A stretch of 63,930 nucleotides of DNA, counting the filler, from an uncultured bacterium (lineage in GTDB: Bacteria > DAOPZR01): NCBI GenBank assembly GCA_964637655.1. It is 9 parts of 9 records of this genome, joined end to end, with 100 filler letters (N's around TTAATTAATTAA, not from the genome) between each part and the next. Parts side by side here need not be neighbours in the genome. Positions count along the whole stretch, not along the records: positions 36,210 to 43,177 come from CAZWUZ010000204.1; positions 43,278 to 50,220 come from CAZWUZ010000205.1; positions 50,321 to 57,219 come from CAZWUZ010000206.1; 6 more parts are not named here. One strand, 5' to 3'. Below the pieces are notes generated by a model. That model saw only the letters and a program-made list of their open reading frames with translations. It was not told the origin of the DNA and did no database searches. The position numbers and the translations under genes are program-made. This document shows, piece by piece, positions 40,730 to 50,664 of this stretch. How positions within the stretch are numbered: position 1 is the first letter of the stretch; every line of letters begins with the position of its first letter.

Positions 40730-41568
40730 TGCTCGCTCCCTGGTACGCGCTCGGCGCGCTCCTTCCCGCCCCGTGGTCGGAGTTCCTGTTCCTGCAGCAT
40801 GCCCTGCTGGCGGTGCTGCTCCTCTGCCCGCTGCTCGGGCTGCTCGGCACCCTCGCGGTGGGGAGCCGCATGGCCTTCTTCGCCGACGCGGTCGCGCATG
40901 CCTCGCTCACCGGGCTGGCGCTCGGGGTGCTGCTCGGTGCCGCCTCGCCGCTGCCGGTGATGCTCGTCTTCGCCGCCTGCTTCGCCGCGCTGCTCACCCT
41001 GCTGCGCCGGCACAGCAGCGCCTCGACCGACACGCATATCGGCATCTGCGCCGCCGCCGCGGTCGCGCTCGGCGTGGTGCTGCTGTCGCGCGGGCGCGGT
41101 CTGGTACAATTCACCACCTTCCTCACCGGCGACCTGCTGAGCATCACCCCGGCGGAACTGGCGCTGCTCGCGGCAGCCCTGCTCTGCTGCCTGCTCGTCT
41201 GGCTGCTCTGCTTCAACCGCTTTCTCTTCGCTGCGTTCAATCCCGCGCTCGCGCGCAGCCGCGGCAGCAACCTGGCCCTGCTCGAATTTTCCTTTTCCAT
41301 CATGCTGGCCATGCTCGTTACCCTCGCCCTCCCCTGGGTGGGACTGCTGGTCATCAACGCGCTGCTCATCATTCCGGCCGCGGCGGCGCGCAACCTGACC
41401 CGCAGCATGCGCGGCTACCACCTGATTGCGGTCGCCGGCGGGCTGGCCTGCGGGCTGGCCGGCCTCTACCTCTCCTGGTACGCCAACACCGCCACGGGTG
41501 CGACCATCGCCCTGCTCACCGCGCTCTGGTATTTCCTCACCGTCCCGTTTGCCCGCCGCCCGCGGTAG
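40729..41568 (+). CDS. znuB: Metal ABC transporter permease
   Basis: RMAFFADAVAHASL.G, GDLLSI, GLLVINALLIIPAAAA. Confidence 0.88.
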   Translation: MLAPWYALGALLPAPWSEFLFLQHALLAVLLLCPLLGLLGTLAVGSRMAFFADAVAHASLTGLALGVLLGAASPLPVMLVFAACFAALLTLLRRHSSASTDTHIGICAAAAVALGVVLLSRGRGLVQFTTFLTGDLLSITPAELALLAAALLCCLLVWLLCFNRFLFAAFNPALARSRGSNLALLEFSFSIMLAMLVTLALPWVGLLVINALLIIPAAAARNLTRSMRGYHLIAVAGGLACGLAGLYLSWYANTATGATIALLTALWYFLTVPFARRPR

Positions 41569-41638
41569 CCGGGTAAGGAAGTTGCGTTTTTCCCGGGAAA
41601 GGGCTACAATCACCGGTCGTTGACAGGAAGGGGCATAC

Positions 41639-42250
41639 GTGGAGAAACCGCTGCTCGTCGCGCTCGATTTCGAGAGCGTGCTGGTCCCCGAGTTCTGGCC
41701 GGCCATCGCCGACGCGGCGGGTGAACCGGCGCTGCGACGCACCACGCGCGACGAGCCCGATTACCACGCGCTGCTGCGCGAGCGGTTCGCGCGGCTGCGC
41801 CGCTGCGGGCTGACGCTGGCGCAGGTACAGGCCATCCTGGCCGGGCTGCAGCCGCTCGACGGGGCCGCGGCATTCCTCGCCCGGCGGCGGGCACGCGGGC
41901 CGGTGGTCATCCTGTCCGACACATTTGCCGAGTTTGCCCGGCCGCTGCTGGCGCAACTCGCCGAGCCGCTGCTGCTCTGCCACACGCTGACGGTGGACGA
42001 CACCGGGTTCATCAGCGGCTGGCACGAGCGCTGCCCGGACAGCAAAGCAGCGACAGTGCGCGCGCTGCGCGGCCTCGGTTACCGCGTGGCGGCGGTCGGC
42101 GATTCGCATAACGACCTGGCCATGCTGCAGGCCGCCGACCACGGCTGCTGGCTGCAGCCGCCGGCAGCACTGGCACAGGCGCATCCCGCGTTCCCGGTCT
42201 GCCGGGACTACGCGGACGTGGAAATGAACCTGGGCGGCCTGACCGCCTGA
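41639..42250 (+). CDS. thrH: Phosphoserine phosphatase/homoserine phosphotransferase (HAD)
   Basis: [34 protein letters not shown]. Confidence 0.85.
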   Translation: MEKPLLVALDFESVLVPEFWPAIADAAGEPALRRTTRDEPDYHALLRERFARLRRCGLTLAQVQAILAGLQPLDGAAAFLARRRARGPVVILSDTFAEFARPLLAQLAEPLLLCHTLTVDDTGFISGWHERCPDSKAATVRALRGLGYRVAAVGDSHNDLAMLQAADHGCWLQPPAALAQAHPAFPVCRDYADVEMNLGGLTA

Positions 42251-42263
42251 GACGGAGGATGTC

Positions 42264-43177
42264 ATGGACCTGAAGATCAACCTGCCGGAGAGCGAAATCC
42301 CGCGCCAGTGGTATAACGTCGCGGCCGATCTGCCGACCCCGCCGAAGCCGCCGCTCGGCCCTGACGGCAAGCCGATCGGGCCCGAGGCGCTGGCCCCGGT
42401 TTTCCCGATGAACCTCATCGAGCAGGAAGTCAGCATGGAGCGCTGGCTGAACATTCCCGACGAGATCACTGATATCCTGCTGCGCTGGCGCCCGACCCCG
42501 CTGCGCCGCGCCGTGCACTTCGAGCGCGCGCTCAAAACCCCCGCGCACATCTATTACAAGGACGAGAGCGTCTCGCCCGCGGGCAGTCACAAGGCCAATA
42601 CCGCGGTACCGCAGGCGTGGTACAACAAGCAGTTCGGCATCACCCGCCTGACCACAGAGACCGGGGCGGGGCAATGGGGCAGCGCACTGGCGTTCGCCTG
42701 CAAGCTCATCGGCGGGCTCGAGTGCAAGGTCTTCATGGTGCGCATCAGTTTCGAGCAGAAACCCTTCCGCAAGACGCTGATGGGGCTGTGGGGCGCCAAC
42801 TGCGTCGCCAGTCCGAGCACGGAAACGCAGGCGGGGCGCGACATCCTCGCGAAGTATCCCGACACCCCGGGCTCGCTCGGCATCGCCATCAGCGAGGCGA
42901 TCGAACAGGCCGTCACCGACCCGACGGGCAAATCGCGCTACACGCTCGGCAGCGTGCTCAACCACGTGCTGGTACACCAGAGCATCATCGGGCTCGAAGC
43001 AAAGAAACAACTGGCCCTGGTCGGCATCAAGAACCCCGATGTCATCATCGGCTGCGCGGGGGGCGGCAGCAACTTCGCCGGCATCGCCTTCCCCTTCATC
43101 CCCGAGAAACTCAACGGGGCGAAGATCGACATCTACCCGGTGGAACCCGCCGCCTGCCCGACCATGACCCGCGGGCC
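42264..43177 (+). CDS. trpB: Stand-alone tryptophan synthase beta chain, TrpB2 type (3'-truncated)
   Basis: [47 protein letters not shown]. Confidence 0.92.
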
Positions 43178-43277
43178 NNNNNNNNNNNNNNNNNNNNNNN
43201 NNNNNNNNNNNNNNNNNNNNNTTAATTAATTAANNNNNNNNNNNNNNNNNNNNNNNNNNNNNNNNNNNNNNNNNNNN

Positions 43278-44128
43278 TCGCCGTCCTGCTCGAGCGCACC
43301 CTCACCGCGCGCTGGACGCGCGGTGGCGCGCATGCGGTCGGACTCATCGTCTGCGTGCTCGTCTTCGGCGCCTTTGTGCAGGCGGGGAGCGGGATGTTCC
43401 GCGGCTTCCGCGGCAGCAGCGAGTCGTGGGGTGAACGCTTCACCTTCGGGCCCTACCCGCAGGCGGAGGATTGCGTGCGTCTGCAGCGTGAGGGATACAC
43501 CGCCATTATCTCGCTGATGAGTCCGCTCGTGCCGTTCGAGGCGGTGCTGCTGCAGCAGGAACGCGATAACGCGCGCGCCGCCGGCATCGAGCTCATCGAG
43601 GCGCCGATGCTCCCGTGGGTCACCGATAACCGCGCCTCGCTCGACCGCCTCCGCGCGCTGGCGCAGGACGGGGACGGACGCTACTACGTCCACTGCTACC
43701 TCGGGCGTCATCGCGCGGAACTGGCGAAAGCCACCATCATGGAGGCGCTGGGCGAAACCATGACCGTGCGCGCCGTCGAACTCCCCGAACGCTTCGAGCG
43801 CGGCACCGTGCGCCGGCTCGACAACCGCTTCATCCTCGGCCCGCTGCCGACGGAGGAGGAGTGGTTCGAATTCGTCGTGCGCGCGCAGGTCACACAGGTT
43901 GTCTGCCTGCTCGACGAGACGACTGCCGCCGCTGCGGTCGCAGAAGCGCGCGCCGCGGCGCGGAATTTCGGCATGACCTTCCACCTGCGCCGTGCCGGCA
44001 CGGCAGCGGAGGCGCGGGAAACCGCGGAATTCATCCGCATCCTCGATGGTGCCGTCTACGTTCACGCCTACACGTCCGATGCCGCTCTCGACCGCCTCGC
44101 CGCCGCGCTGACTGCCGCCGGCCGCTAA
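43278..44128 (+). CDS. Membrane-anchored cysteine-phosphatase (PTP/DSP)-like protein, tandem domains (5'-truncated)
   Basis: YYVHCYLGRHR = HCX5R; second GPLP..E domain ends in VYVHAYTS without the Cys. Confidence 0.65.
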
Positions 44129-44154
44129 ACGGCGGCTGCCGGGGACAGAAATTA

Positions 44155-44183
44155 TTGACGGTAGCGGCGCCGGGTGCTACTAT
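44155..44183 (+). promoter_or_regulatory. sigma-70 promoter, extended -10
   Basis: TTGACG-17nt-TACTAT with TGn. Confidence 0.6.
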
Positions 44184-44242
44184 GCAATCAGGATGAATTG
44201 CAGGCGCACAATCATGGCTGTGCATTTCCCGGGAGGATACCT

Positions 44243-45919
44243 ATGACCGCGACAACCTGTACCGTATCGGACTACCTGCTGCACCGGCTGCATGAGGCGG
44301 GTGTCAACCACCTGTTCGGTGTGCCGGGCGACTACACGCTCGACTTTCTCGACCACGTGCTCAAGAGCCCCGTCAAGTGGGTTGGCACCTGCAACGAACT
44401 GAACGCGGGGTACGCGGCCGACGGCTATGCGCGGATGAAGGGCGCGGGGGCGGTGAGCGTCACCTACGGGGTCGGTGCGCTGAGCATGCTCAACGCGGTC
44501 GCCGGCGCCTATGCCGAGCAGATTCCGCTGATTGCCATCAGCGGCGCCCCGCCCCGCCGCCGGCGCGACGCCGGGGCGCTGGTGCACCACCTGATTGCCG
44601 ACTACGACACCCAGTACGAGATCTTCCGCAAAGTCACCGTCGACGCTGCTATGCTCCGTGATGCTCAGACCGCACCCGATGAAATCGATCGCGTCATCAG
44701 CCGGGCCATCGCGCGGAAACTGCCCGTCTACCTCGAACTGCCGGCCGATGTCGCGCTGCAGCCGTGCCGCCCGCCCGCCGCGCTGCCGCCGGTGGCCGGC
44801 GAACCGTCGGACCCGGAATCGCTGCGCGATTGCATCGAGGAGGCCGCCAGCGTCATCAATGCTGCGGCGCACCCGGTTGTGCTGGCCGGGGTGGAACTCG
44901 CCCGGTTCGGCCTCGGGCCGGCAGCGCTGCAACTGGTGGAAATCGCGGAACTGCCGTTCTCGACCATGCTCAGTTCCAAGAGCGTGCTGCCCGAACTGCA
45001 CCCGCAGTTTGCCGGCATCTATCAGGGGGGATGGAGCCGCGAGAGCGTGCGCGAGCAGGTCGAATTGTCCGATTGTGTCCTCGCGCTTGGGGTGATGATG
45101 ACCGACCTCGATACAGGACTCTTCAGCTGCACACTTGACAGCCGCCGCGTCATCGCCGCGGGCAACGGCACAGTGCGTATCCGCAGCCACTACTACCACA
45201 ACGTGCACCTTGCTGATTTCCTGCGCGAACTGCCGTCCGCGCTCACACCGCGCGCCTACCTCGCGTCGCGCCCCGCCGCGCTCGACCTGGTCAAGCAGTC
45301 CTTTACGCCGGAGCGGAACAAGCCGCTCGTCGCGGAGCGCCTGTATGCCCGCCTCGATACGTTTCTCGACGACAACATGGTGCTGCTGACCGAGCCGGGC
45401 GACGCATTCTGCGCCTCCCCGGAATTCCATATCGAGGAGGCGCGCAATTTCATCGTCCAGTGCTACTACGCCTCGATCGGGTTCTGCACGCCGGCGGCGC
45501 TGGGTGTGGCGCTGGCTGAACCCGGGCGGCGGGCGGTGGTGCTCACGGGCGACGGTGCCTTCCAGATGACCGCGCAGGAGGTTTCCACGCTGCTCCGGCA
45601 GAAGTGCCCGGCCATCATCCTGCTGCTTGACAATGACGGCTACCAGATCGAGCGGGTCCTGCACGAGGACGGGATGTACAACGACATCCAGCGCTGGCAG
45701 TATGCGAAACTGCCGGAGGCGCTGGGGGGCGGTGCGCAGGCGCTGAGCTTCCGCGTGACCACCGAGGGTGAACTTGAAGACGCGCTCACGGCGGCACAGC
45801 AGCATCGCGACAAACTGATCTTCATCCAGCTGGTGCTCGGCCAGTTGGATTGCTCCGCCGGCCTGACCCGCCTCGGCAAGGCCTTCCGCGCCATGACCGC
45901 GGCGCAGCAGAAGAAGTAG
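44243..45919 (+). CDS. TPP-dependent 2-oxo-acid (pyruvate/indolepyruvate) decarboxylase
   Basis: FGVPGDY, CNELNAGYAADGYAR, TYGVG, HH, GDGAFQMT.QE. Confidence 0.93.
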   Translation: MTATTCTVSDYLLHRLHEAGVNHLFGVPGDYTLDFLDHVLKSPVKWVGTCNELNAGYAADGYARMKGAGAVSVTYGVGALSMLNAVAGAYAEQIPLIAISGAPPRRRRDAGALVHHLIADYDTQYEIFRKVTVDAAMLRDAQTAPDEIDRVISRAIARKLPVYLELPADVALQPCRPPAALPPVAGEPSDPESLRDCIEEAASVINAAAHPVVLAGVELARFGLGPAALQLVEIAELPFSTMLSSKSVLPELHPQFAGIYQGGWSRESVREQVELSDCVLALGVMMTDLDTGLFSCTLDSRRVIAAGNGTVRIRSHYYHNVHLADFLRELPSALTPRAYLASRPAALDLVKQSFTPERNKPLVAERLYARLDTFLDDNMVLLTEPGDAFCASPEFHIEEARNFIVQCYYASIGFCTPAALGVALAEPGRRAVVLTGDGAFQMTAQEVSTLLRQKCPAIILLLDNDGYQIERVLHEDGMYNDIQRWQYAKLPEALGGGAQALSFRVTTEGELEDALTAAQQHRDKLIFIQLVLGQLDCSAGLTRLGKAFRAMTAAQQKK

Positions 45920-45969
45920 GCCGAACTGACGCGCGCGGGCATATTCGCAGCACCCGGTTGCGCCCGGCG

Positions 45970-45998
45970 TTGACGACGGGCGGGAGTGGTGATAGGAT
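45970..45998 (+). promoter_or_regulatory. sigma-70 promoter of the TA pair
   Basis: TTGACG-17nt-TAGGAT with TGn. Confidence 0.55.
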
Positions 45999-46055
45999 GC
46001 TTTTCAGGTTGTCCCGATGCGGGGTGGACCTGCACTGTCTGAGAAAGGGAGAATA

Positions 46056-46376
46056 ATGGCAGAAGGCTTCGCCATTGCCTTGGCGCAGGAGGCGGCACGG
46101 TCAGGGCGGATTCACTGGCATCAGCACGCACTGGAACGTATGCTCGAACGTGGCATTACACGTTGCGAGGTTATCGACACGATTGTGCACGGTGAAGTGA
46201 TAGAAACCTATCCCGCTGATCGCCCTTTTGCCAGTTGCCTGTTGCTGCACGTCGCTAACCGGTTGCATGTGGTTGCGTCTGTAGACCCGCAGTCACGGAT
46301 ATGCCATGTGATTACCGCATATCGTCCGGATAAAGAACATTTTGCTGAAGATCTGCGTACGAGGAGAACATCATGA
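46056..46376 (+). CDS. DUF4258-family putative toxin
   Basis: HALERMLERGI, GEVIETYP..RPF.SCLL, HVV, ITAYRPD. Confidence 0.88.
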   Translation: MAEGFAIALAQEAARSGRIHWHQHALERMLERGITRCEVIDTIVHGEVIETYPADRPFASCLLLHVANRLHVVASVDPQSRICHVITAYRPDKEHFAEDLRTRRTS

Positions 46377-46618
46377 CACAGAGCAATGGGAAATGTCCCT
46401 TGTGCGGCGGGGAAAAACATGCAGGCACGACCACGTTTGCGGTTGACCTGAAGCCGTCGGTTGTTGTGGTGCGCGACGTTCCCGCACTGGTTTGTGATCA
46501 GTGCGGTGCGTCGTGGATCGAAGACCCGGTGGCTGCCAAACTGGAAAACATTGTTGAGGATGCCCGGAAGAAACAGGCGGTGGTGGAAGTGACTAACTGG
46601 CAACAGGTGGCGGCCTGA
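46373..46618 (+). CDS. YgiT-type zinc finger antitoxin
   Basis: CPLCGG...GTTTF.VD....VVVVRDVPALVCDQCG; ATGA overlap. Confidence 0.88.
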   Translation: MTQSNGKCPLCGGEKHAGTTTFAVDLKPSVVVVRDVPALVCDQCGASWIEDPVAAKLENIVEDARKKQAVVEVTNWQQVAA

Positions 46619-46630
46619 CGTTCAGTGCTG

Positions 46631-46681
46631 TAAGAAGTGCCATTCGTAAGAGGTGCCTAAGAGGTGCCACTAAGAGGTGCC
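46631..46681. repeat. Four short direct repeats TAAGARGTGCC
   Basis: Copies at 46631, 46647, 46658 and 46671. Confidence 0.8.
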
Positions 46682-46777
46682 ATTCTGCAACGCTGCAACA
46701 TTCGCGTGTATCATCTTGCCACCGTAAGAGTTGCAGAGCGAAAACGGTCCTGTAGTTAGCGGCGACAATGGTACCCG

Positions 46778-47854
46778 CTACTGGCCGTAGAGCCGGCCGA
46801 ACTCGAAAATATCCTCCTCGTCTATCCTGCCGTCGATGCCGTTTTTGCCGATGTCGTAGGCCGCATGGTACAGGCCGGGCACCCCGAATCGCAGTCCCAG
46901 CTGGCTGAGGTCGGCACTATCAACAGTGCCGTCAAGGTTGAAGTCCGTGGCTTTGTCGTCGGTGGTCTTGACGAACGAATCAGCCGCGCTCCAGGCACTA
47001 AGCAGGTTGTTGACATCACGCGCCTGCACGCGCCAGTACCAGGTATCGGCGGCAAGAAAACGGTAGCTGGTGGTGGTTTCTGTGGTCGAGGCCGAATGAT
47101 AGACATCCACTGCCGGGCTGGCAAACGTCGAATCGTTGCGCGCGGCTTGCAGGCGGTAATCGCGTAGCAGCGGTCCGCTCGAAACGGCGGCTGACCAGCG
47201 CAACGGAACAATCGCCGCGGTAGTGCCTGTCCCGTTTACCGGGCTGAGCGGTGCGGGTGGCGTCAGCGCATAGATGAGCAGCGTGGAATCGCCTGCGGTG
47301 CGGCTGCAGCCGCGGGCGTCTGTGGCAATGACCCGCCACGACCAGGTCTCGGTCGCGTAGAGCGCGGCGGTCAGCGTGGTCTGCGCGATGACGGTCGAAT
47401 CCAGATAATACGGACCGGCCATATCGGTGTCGATGATGACGCGGTAGGAAACGGGCGGCGAAGAATCGGTTGTGGTCGACCAGTTGAAGGTGATGGTGGT
47501 TGCTGTTGTTTCCGTGCCTGTCGCGGGGGTAATGAGCGCAAAGGCCGATGGCGGCGCGGTATCGTGCATGCCGAGCAGATACGCGGCAAGCCCGTCAGTG
47601 ACTGCCTGCGGCGCGGCCGCTACGCTGCCGGCGACCGGACTGCCCAGTGTATAACGGCAGACCATCCCGCCGCCGGACGTCGCGCCGCCGCCGGCGTCAT
47701 GGACTGTCCGCACTGACCGTGCGCCATCGCTGACGACTCCTGACAACGGACCTGCCTGCGCGCGGGTGGCAACCAGGAGCACCGCCAGCAGAGCGGGCAG
47801 GCAAAGGCGCGTCAGCGTCAGCAGCCGGCCGCCTCCGGCCCGGCAGGCGAGCAT
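46778..47854 (-). CDS. Secreted protein with two FN3-like modules and a C-terminal dockerin-like domain
   Basis: Signal peptide; WSWRVIATD and WYWRVQARD; DFNLDGTVDSADL and DIGKNGIDGRIDEEDI. Confidence 0.75.
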   Translation of the reverse strand: MLACRAGGGRLLTLTRLCLPALLAVLLVATRAQAGPLSGVVSDGARSVRTVHDAGGGATSGGGMVCRYTLGSPVAGSVAAAPQAVTDGLAAYLLGMHDTAPPSAFALITPATGTETTATTITFNWSTTTDSSPPVSYRVIIDTDMAGPYYLDSTVIAQTTLTAALYATETWSWRVIATDARGCSRTAGDSTLLIYALTPPAPLSPVNGTGTTAAIVPLRWSAAVSSGPLLRDYRLQAARNDSTFASPAVDVYHSASTTETTTSYRFLAADTWYWRVQARDVNNLLSAWSAADSFVKTTDDKATDFNLDGTVDSADLSQLGLRFGVPGLYHAAYDIGKNGIDGRIDEEDIFEFGRLYGQ

Positions 47855-47864
47855 TGGCCCTGCC

Positions 47865-49509
47865 CTACCTGCCCTCCAGCGTCTGCACCCGGCGCAGCAG
47901 TTCCTGCACGGTCTCCCGCAGTTCCGCGTTTTCCGCGCTCAGCCGTTCCACTTCACCGGTCAGCAACTGTCCGCCTGACTCGAGATAGCGCTCGAGCGCT
48001 TCGCTGTCGACCGTGGGATTAGTGCCCGAGGGGGATATATGGACGAGTTTCTGTCCGGACAGCCGCTCGACGATGCGCACCACTTTGAGCATGTCGACAT
48101 TGATGGTGCCGCCGAATTGTTCGTTCATGCTCCAGTGCGACCAGGAGAGGGGCTCGGTCTGCGGGGCGATGGTGAAGAGGTGGGGTGCGAGGTTGGTTAC
48201 GTTGCCATTCTCGTCACGGCACATGAAGTTGGAGCCGAAACCGGTGTCTATAGCGTACAGTATCACCCCGTTATACGCTGATTGGGTGGGATAGGGATAG
48301 ACATCCCAATCGCCGCCATTCCACTCCGAGTATGAACGCAAGATGAGAAATCCGCTGTCAATGCACAAATTGGCGTTGTAGATTCTAACCGTATCAGTTG
48401 TGTTGGATTTTCCCACTACCGTGAGCAATTCGCCCGGAGTATTCGTTCCGATCCCCACGCGGTTATTGGCGTGATCGACGACAAAGGTCGGGGCATCGAC
48501 GGTCAACTGGCTGAATGCCGTCGGGAGGTTGCCTGCAGCTAGCATGCCGGTCACCGAATCGGCGAGGTTGATTGCCCCGCTGATACGACCGGCCGCCAGC
48601 ACACCCGTCGTCGAGTCGGGCAGATTGATGCTCAGTGCCAGCACCTCGCTGCGCGTGATGGTGTCGCCGCTCACGCGCGTCAGCGGCAGCGCGCCCGCGG
48701 TTGAATCGGTCAGCAGCAGCGCGCCGCTCAGGCGTCCTGCCACCAGCACCCCCGTCGTCGAGTCGGGCAGGTTGATGCTCAGTGCCAGCACCTCGCTGCG
48801 CGTGATGGTGTCGCCGCTCACGCGCGNNNNNNNNNNNNNNNNNNNNNNNNNNNNNNNNNNNNNNNNNNNNNNNNNNNNNNNNNNNNNNNNNNNNNNNNNN
48901 NNNNNNNNNNNNNNNNNNNNNNNNNNTCAGCGGCAGCGCGCCCGCGGTTGAATCCGTGAGGTTGAGCAGACCGCTGATAGCGGCGGCGTTGATTGCGGTC
49001 GCGGTGACCCCGGTCAGGAGCGCACCATTGCCGGTGAACGTGCCGGCAGCCATCGTCTCGGTAACGGTCAAACGCCCGATGGTGAGCCCGGACACGACAC
49101 TATCGGCCACTGCCGCGCGAAAGGCGTAGGGCGCCATGGCGAGCAGTTGTCGCGGTGTCATCTCGCCGCCGCCGTCCACCTCTATGCCGAGAAAGTACCC
49201 GGTGTCGAAGGTGAGGCCCTGTGCGGCGAAGGCAGTCACGCTGCCGAGCAGCACAGCGTACAACCCTTCCGTATCGGCATTGACTCCATTCTGGTTTTCC
49301 GTCCAGAGTGCGCCCCCGCCTGATGGCACAGCGTATAGTTTGAAGGTGAAATTGTGTGATCCCGGGAGTGGCGCGCCGGCCGCGGTGGTCAGCCGGCCCT
49401 GATGGTGGATCAGTTGCGGCACTGCCGCCTGCACGGGGACGGCCAGCAATCCCGCGAATAGCAGCAGTACCAGCATGCATGACCTATGGCAACTGGTGCC
49501 TGATTTCAT
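47865..49509 (-). CDS. Secreted phage-tail-fibre-like adhesin with 49-aa repeats (one gene interrupted by the N gap 48827-48926)
   Basis: Signal peptide; VPQLIHHQGRL...LWTE...EMTPRQ...APYA N-domain; 147-bp repeat; RVGIGTNTP; C-terminal coiled coil. Confidence 0.75.
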
Positions 49510-49661
49510 CGTCCACCACCTCGCCGTTGAGTGTGCGCCGTATTCAGTTGTGCATCTTTAGCCGACCGCCCCGCAGCCGTGAATGTATCCGTCAGGAAAA
49601 CCCAGCAATCATCATAACTTGGCCTGACGCGTGGCGCAAATGCGGACCGGCGGTTTCCCCG

Positions 49662-49690
49662 TTGACGGCGTAATTGCATAGTGGTAGTAT
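49662..49690 (+). promoter_or_regulatory. sigma-70 promoter, extended -10
   Basis: TTGACG-17nt-TAGTAT with TGn. Confidence 0.6.
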
Positions 49691-49764
49691 GGCGTGCGTA
49701 TGCATACCGCAGCGTAGGCAATCAGGTGATGCCCGCTGCGGGACGTGTTTCGGGAGAGAACAGC

Positions 49765-50220
49765 ATGTCTTCATTTCTGCTCAATCAGCAACTGATACAG
49801 ACCAAGGAGCCCGCGGGGATGGTGCTCCTCGAGTTCATCCGCGACGTCAAGTGCCTGTCGGGAACGAAGGAGGCGTGCCGCGAAGGAGAATGCGGCGCCT
49901 GCACCGTCCTCGTCGGCACCGCGCGCGCGGGCGGCATCGATTACCGCGCCTGCGCCTCCTGCCTGCTCCCTATCGGCGATGTCGAGGGCTGCCACGTGGT
50001 CACCGTCGAGGGGCTGGCCGGCGAGTCGCTCACGCTCGTGCAGCAACTTATCGTCGACCATAGCGCCTCGCAATGCGGGTTCTGCACCCCGGGCATAGTC
50101 CTCTCGCTCACCGGGTTCGCACTGGCCAGTCCCGACTGCTCCTATGCCGATGCCATCGACGCGCTCGACGGCAATATCTGCCGCTGCACCGGCGACGCCG
50201 CCATTCGCAATGCCGCGCGC
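49765..50220 (+). CDS. Xanthine dehydrogenase small subunit, 2x[2Fe-2S] (3'-truncated)
   Basis: GTKEACREGECGACT, QCGFCTPG, GNICRCTG. Confidence 0.92.
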
Positions 50221-50547
50221 NNNNNNNNNNNNNNNNNNNNNNNNNNNNNNNNNNNNNNNNNNNNTTAATTAATTAANNNNNNNNNNNNNNNNNNNNNNNN
50301 NNNNNNNNNNNNNNNNNNNNAAAACCACCAGGTCAACGAGCACAGTGCTCTGACCCACCGGTGGCAGAGCCATGGTCAGTGCCGCAAGCTCTGCAGCACC
50401 CTGAGTCCCGCAGGCGATACCCTATGCCCCGTCGTCAGAAACTCGTCCAAATATCGCCCCTTACCTGTGACGTGGACTGATTCTATCACCACCGCCGGCA
50501 AGCGTCAACAGACCGATGGTCCGGCACACACTATCTGGCACGAGGTG

Positions 50548-50576
50548 TTGACGCGACGGGCAGCTCAGGCTATAGT
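50548..50576 (+). promoter_or_regulatory. sigma-70 promoter
   Basis: TTGACG-17nt-TATAGT. Confidence 0.6.
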
Positions 50577-50664
50577 CTTGCCACCGCCGGCGCACAGTCG
50601 GCACTTGGGCAGGGACGCGAACGCAGCATTCCCCCTCTGCACCAACAACGTGGCGGAGCGTGCG

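Noticed and set aside
47865-49509. Prophage, suggested by the tail-fibre-like gene
   Set aside because: The protein has a signal peptide and no other phage genes are nearby
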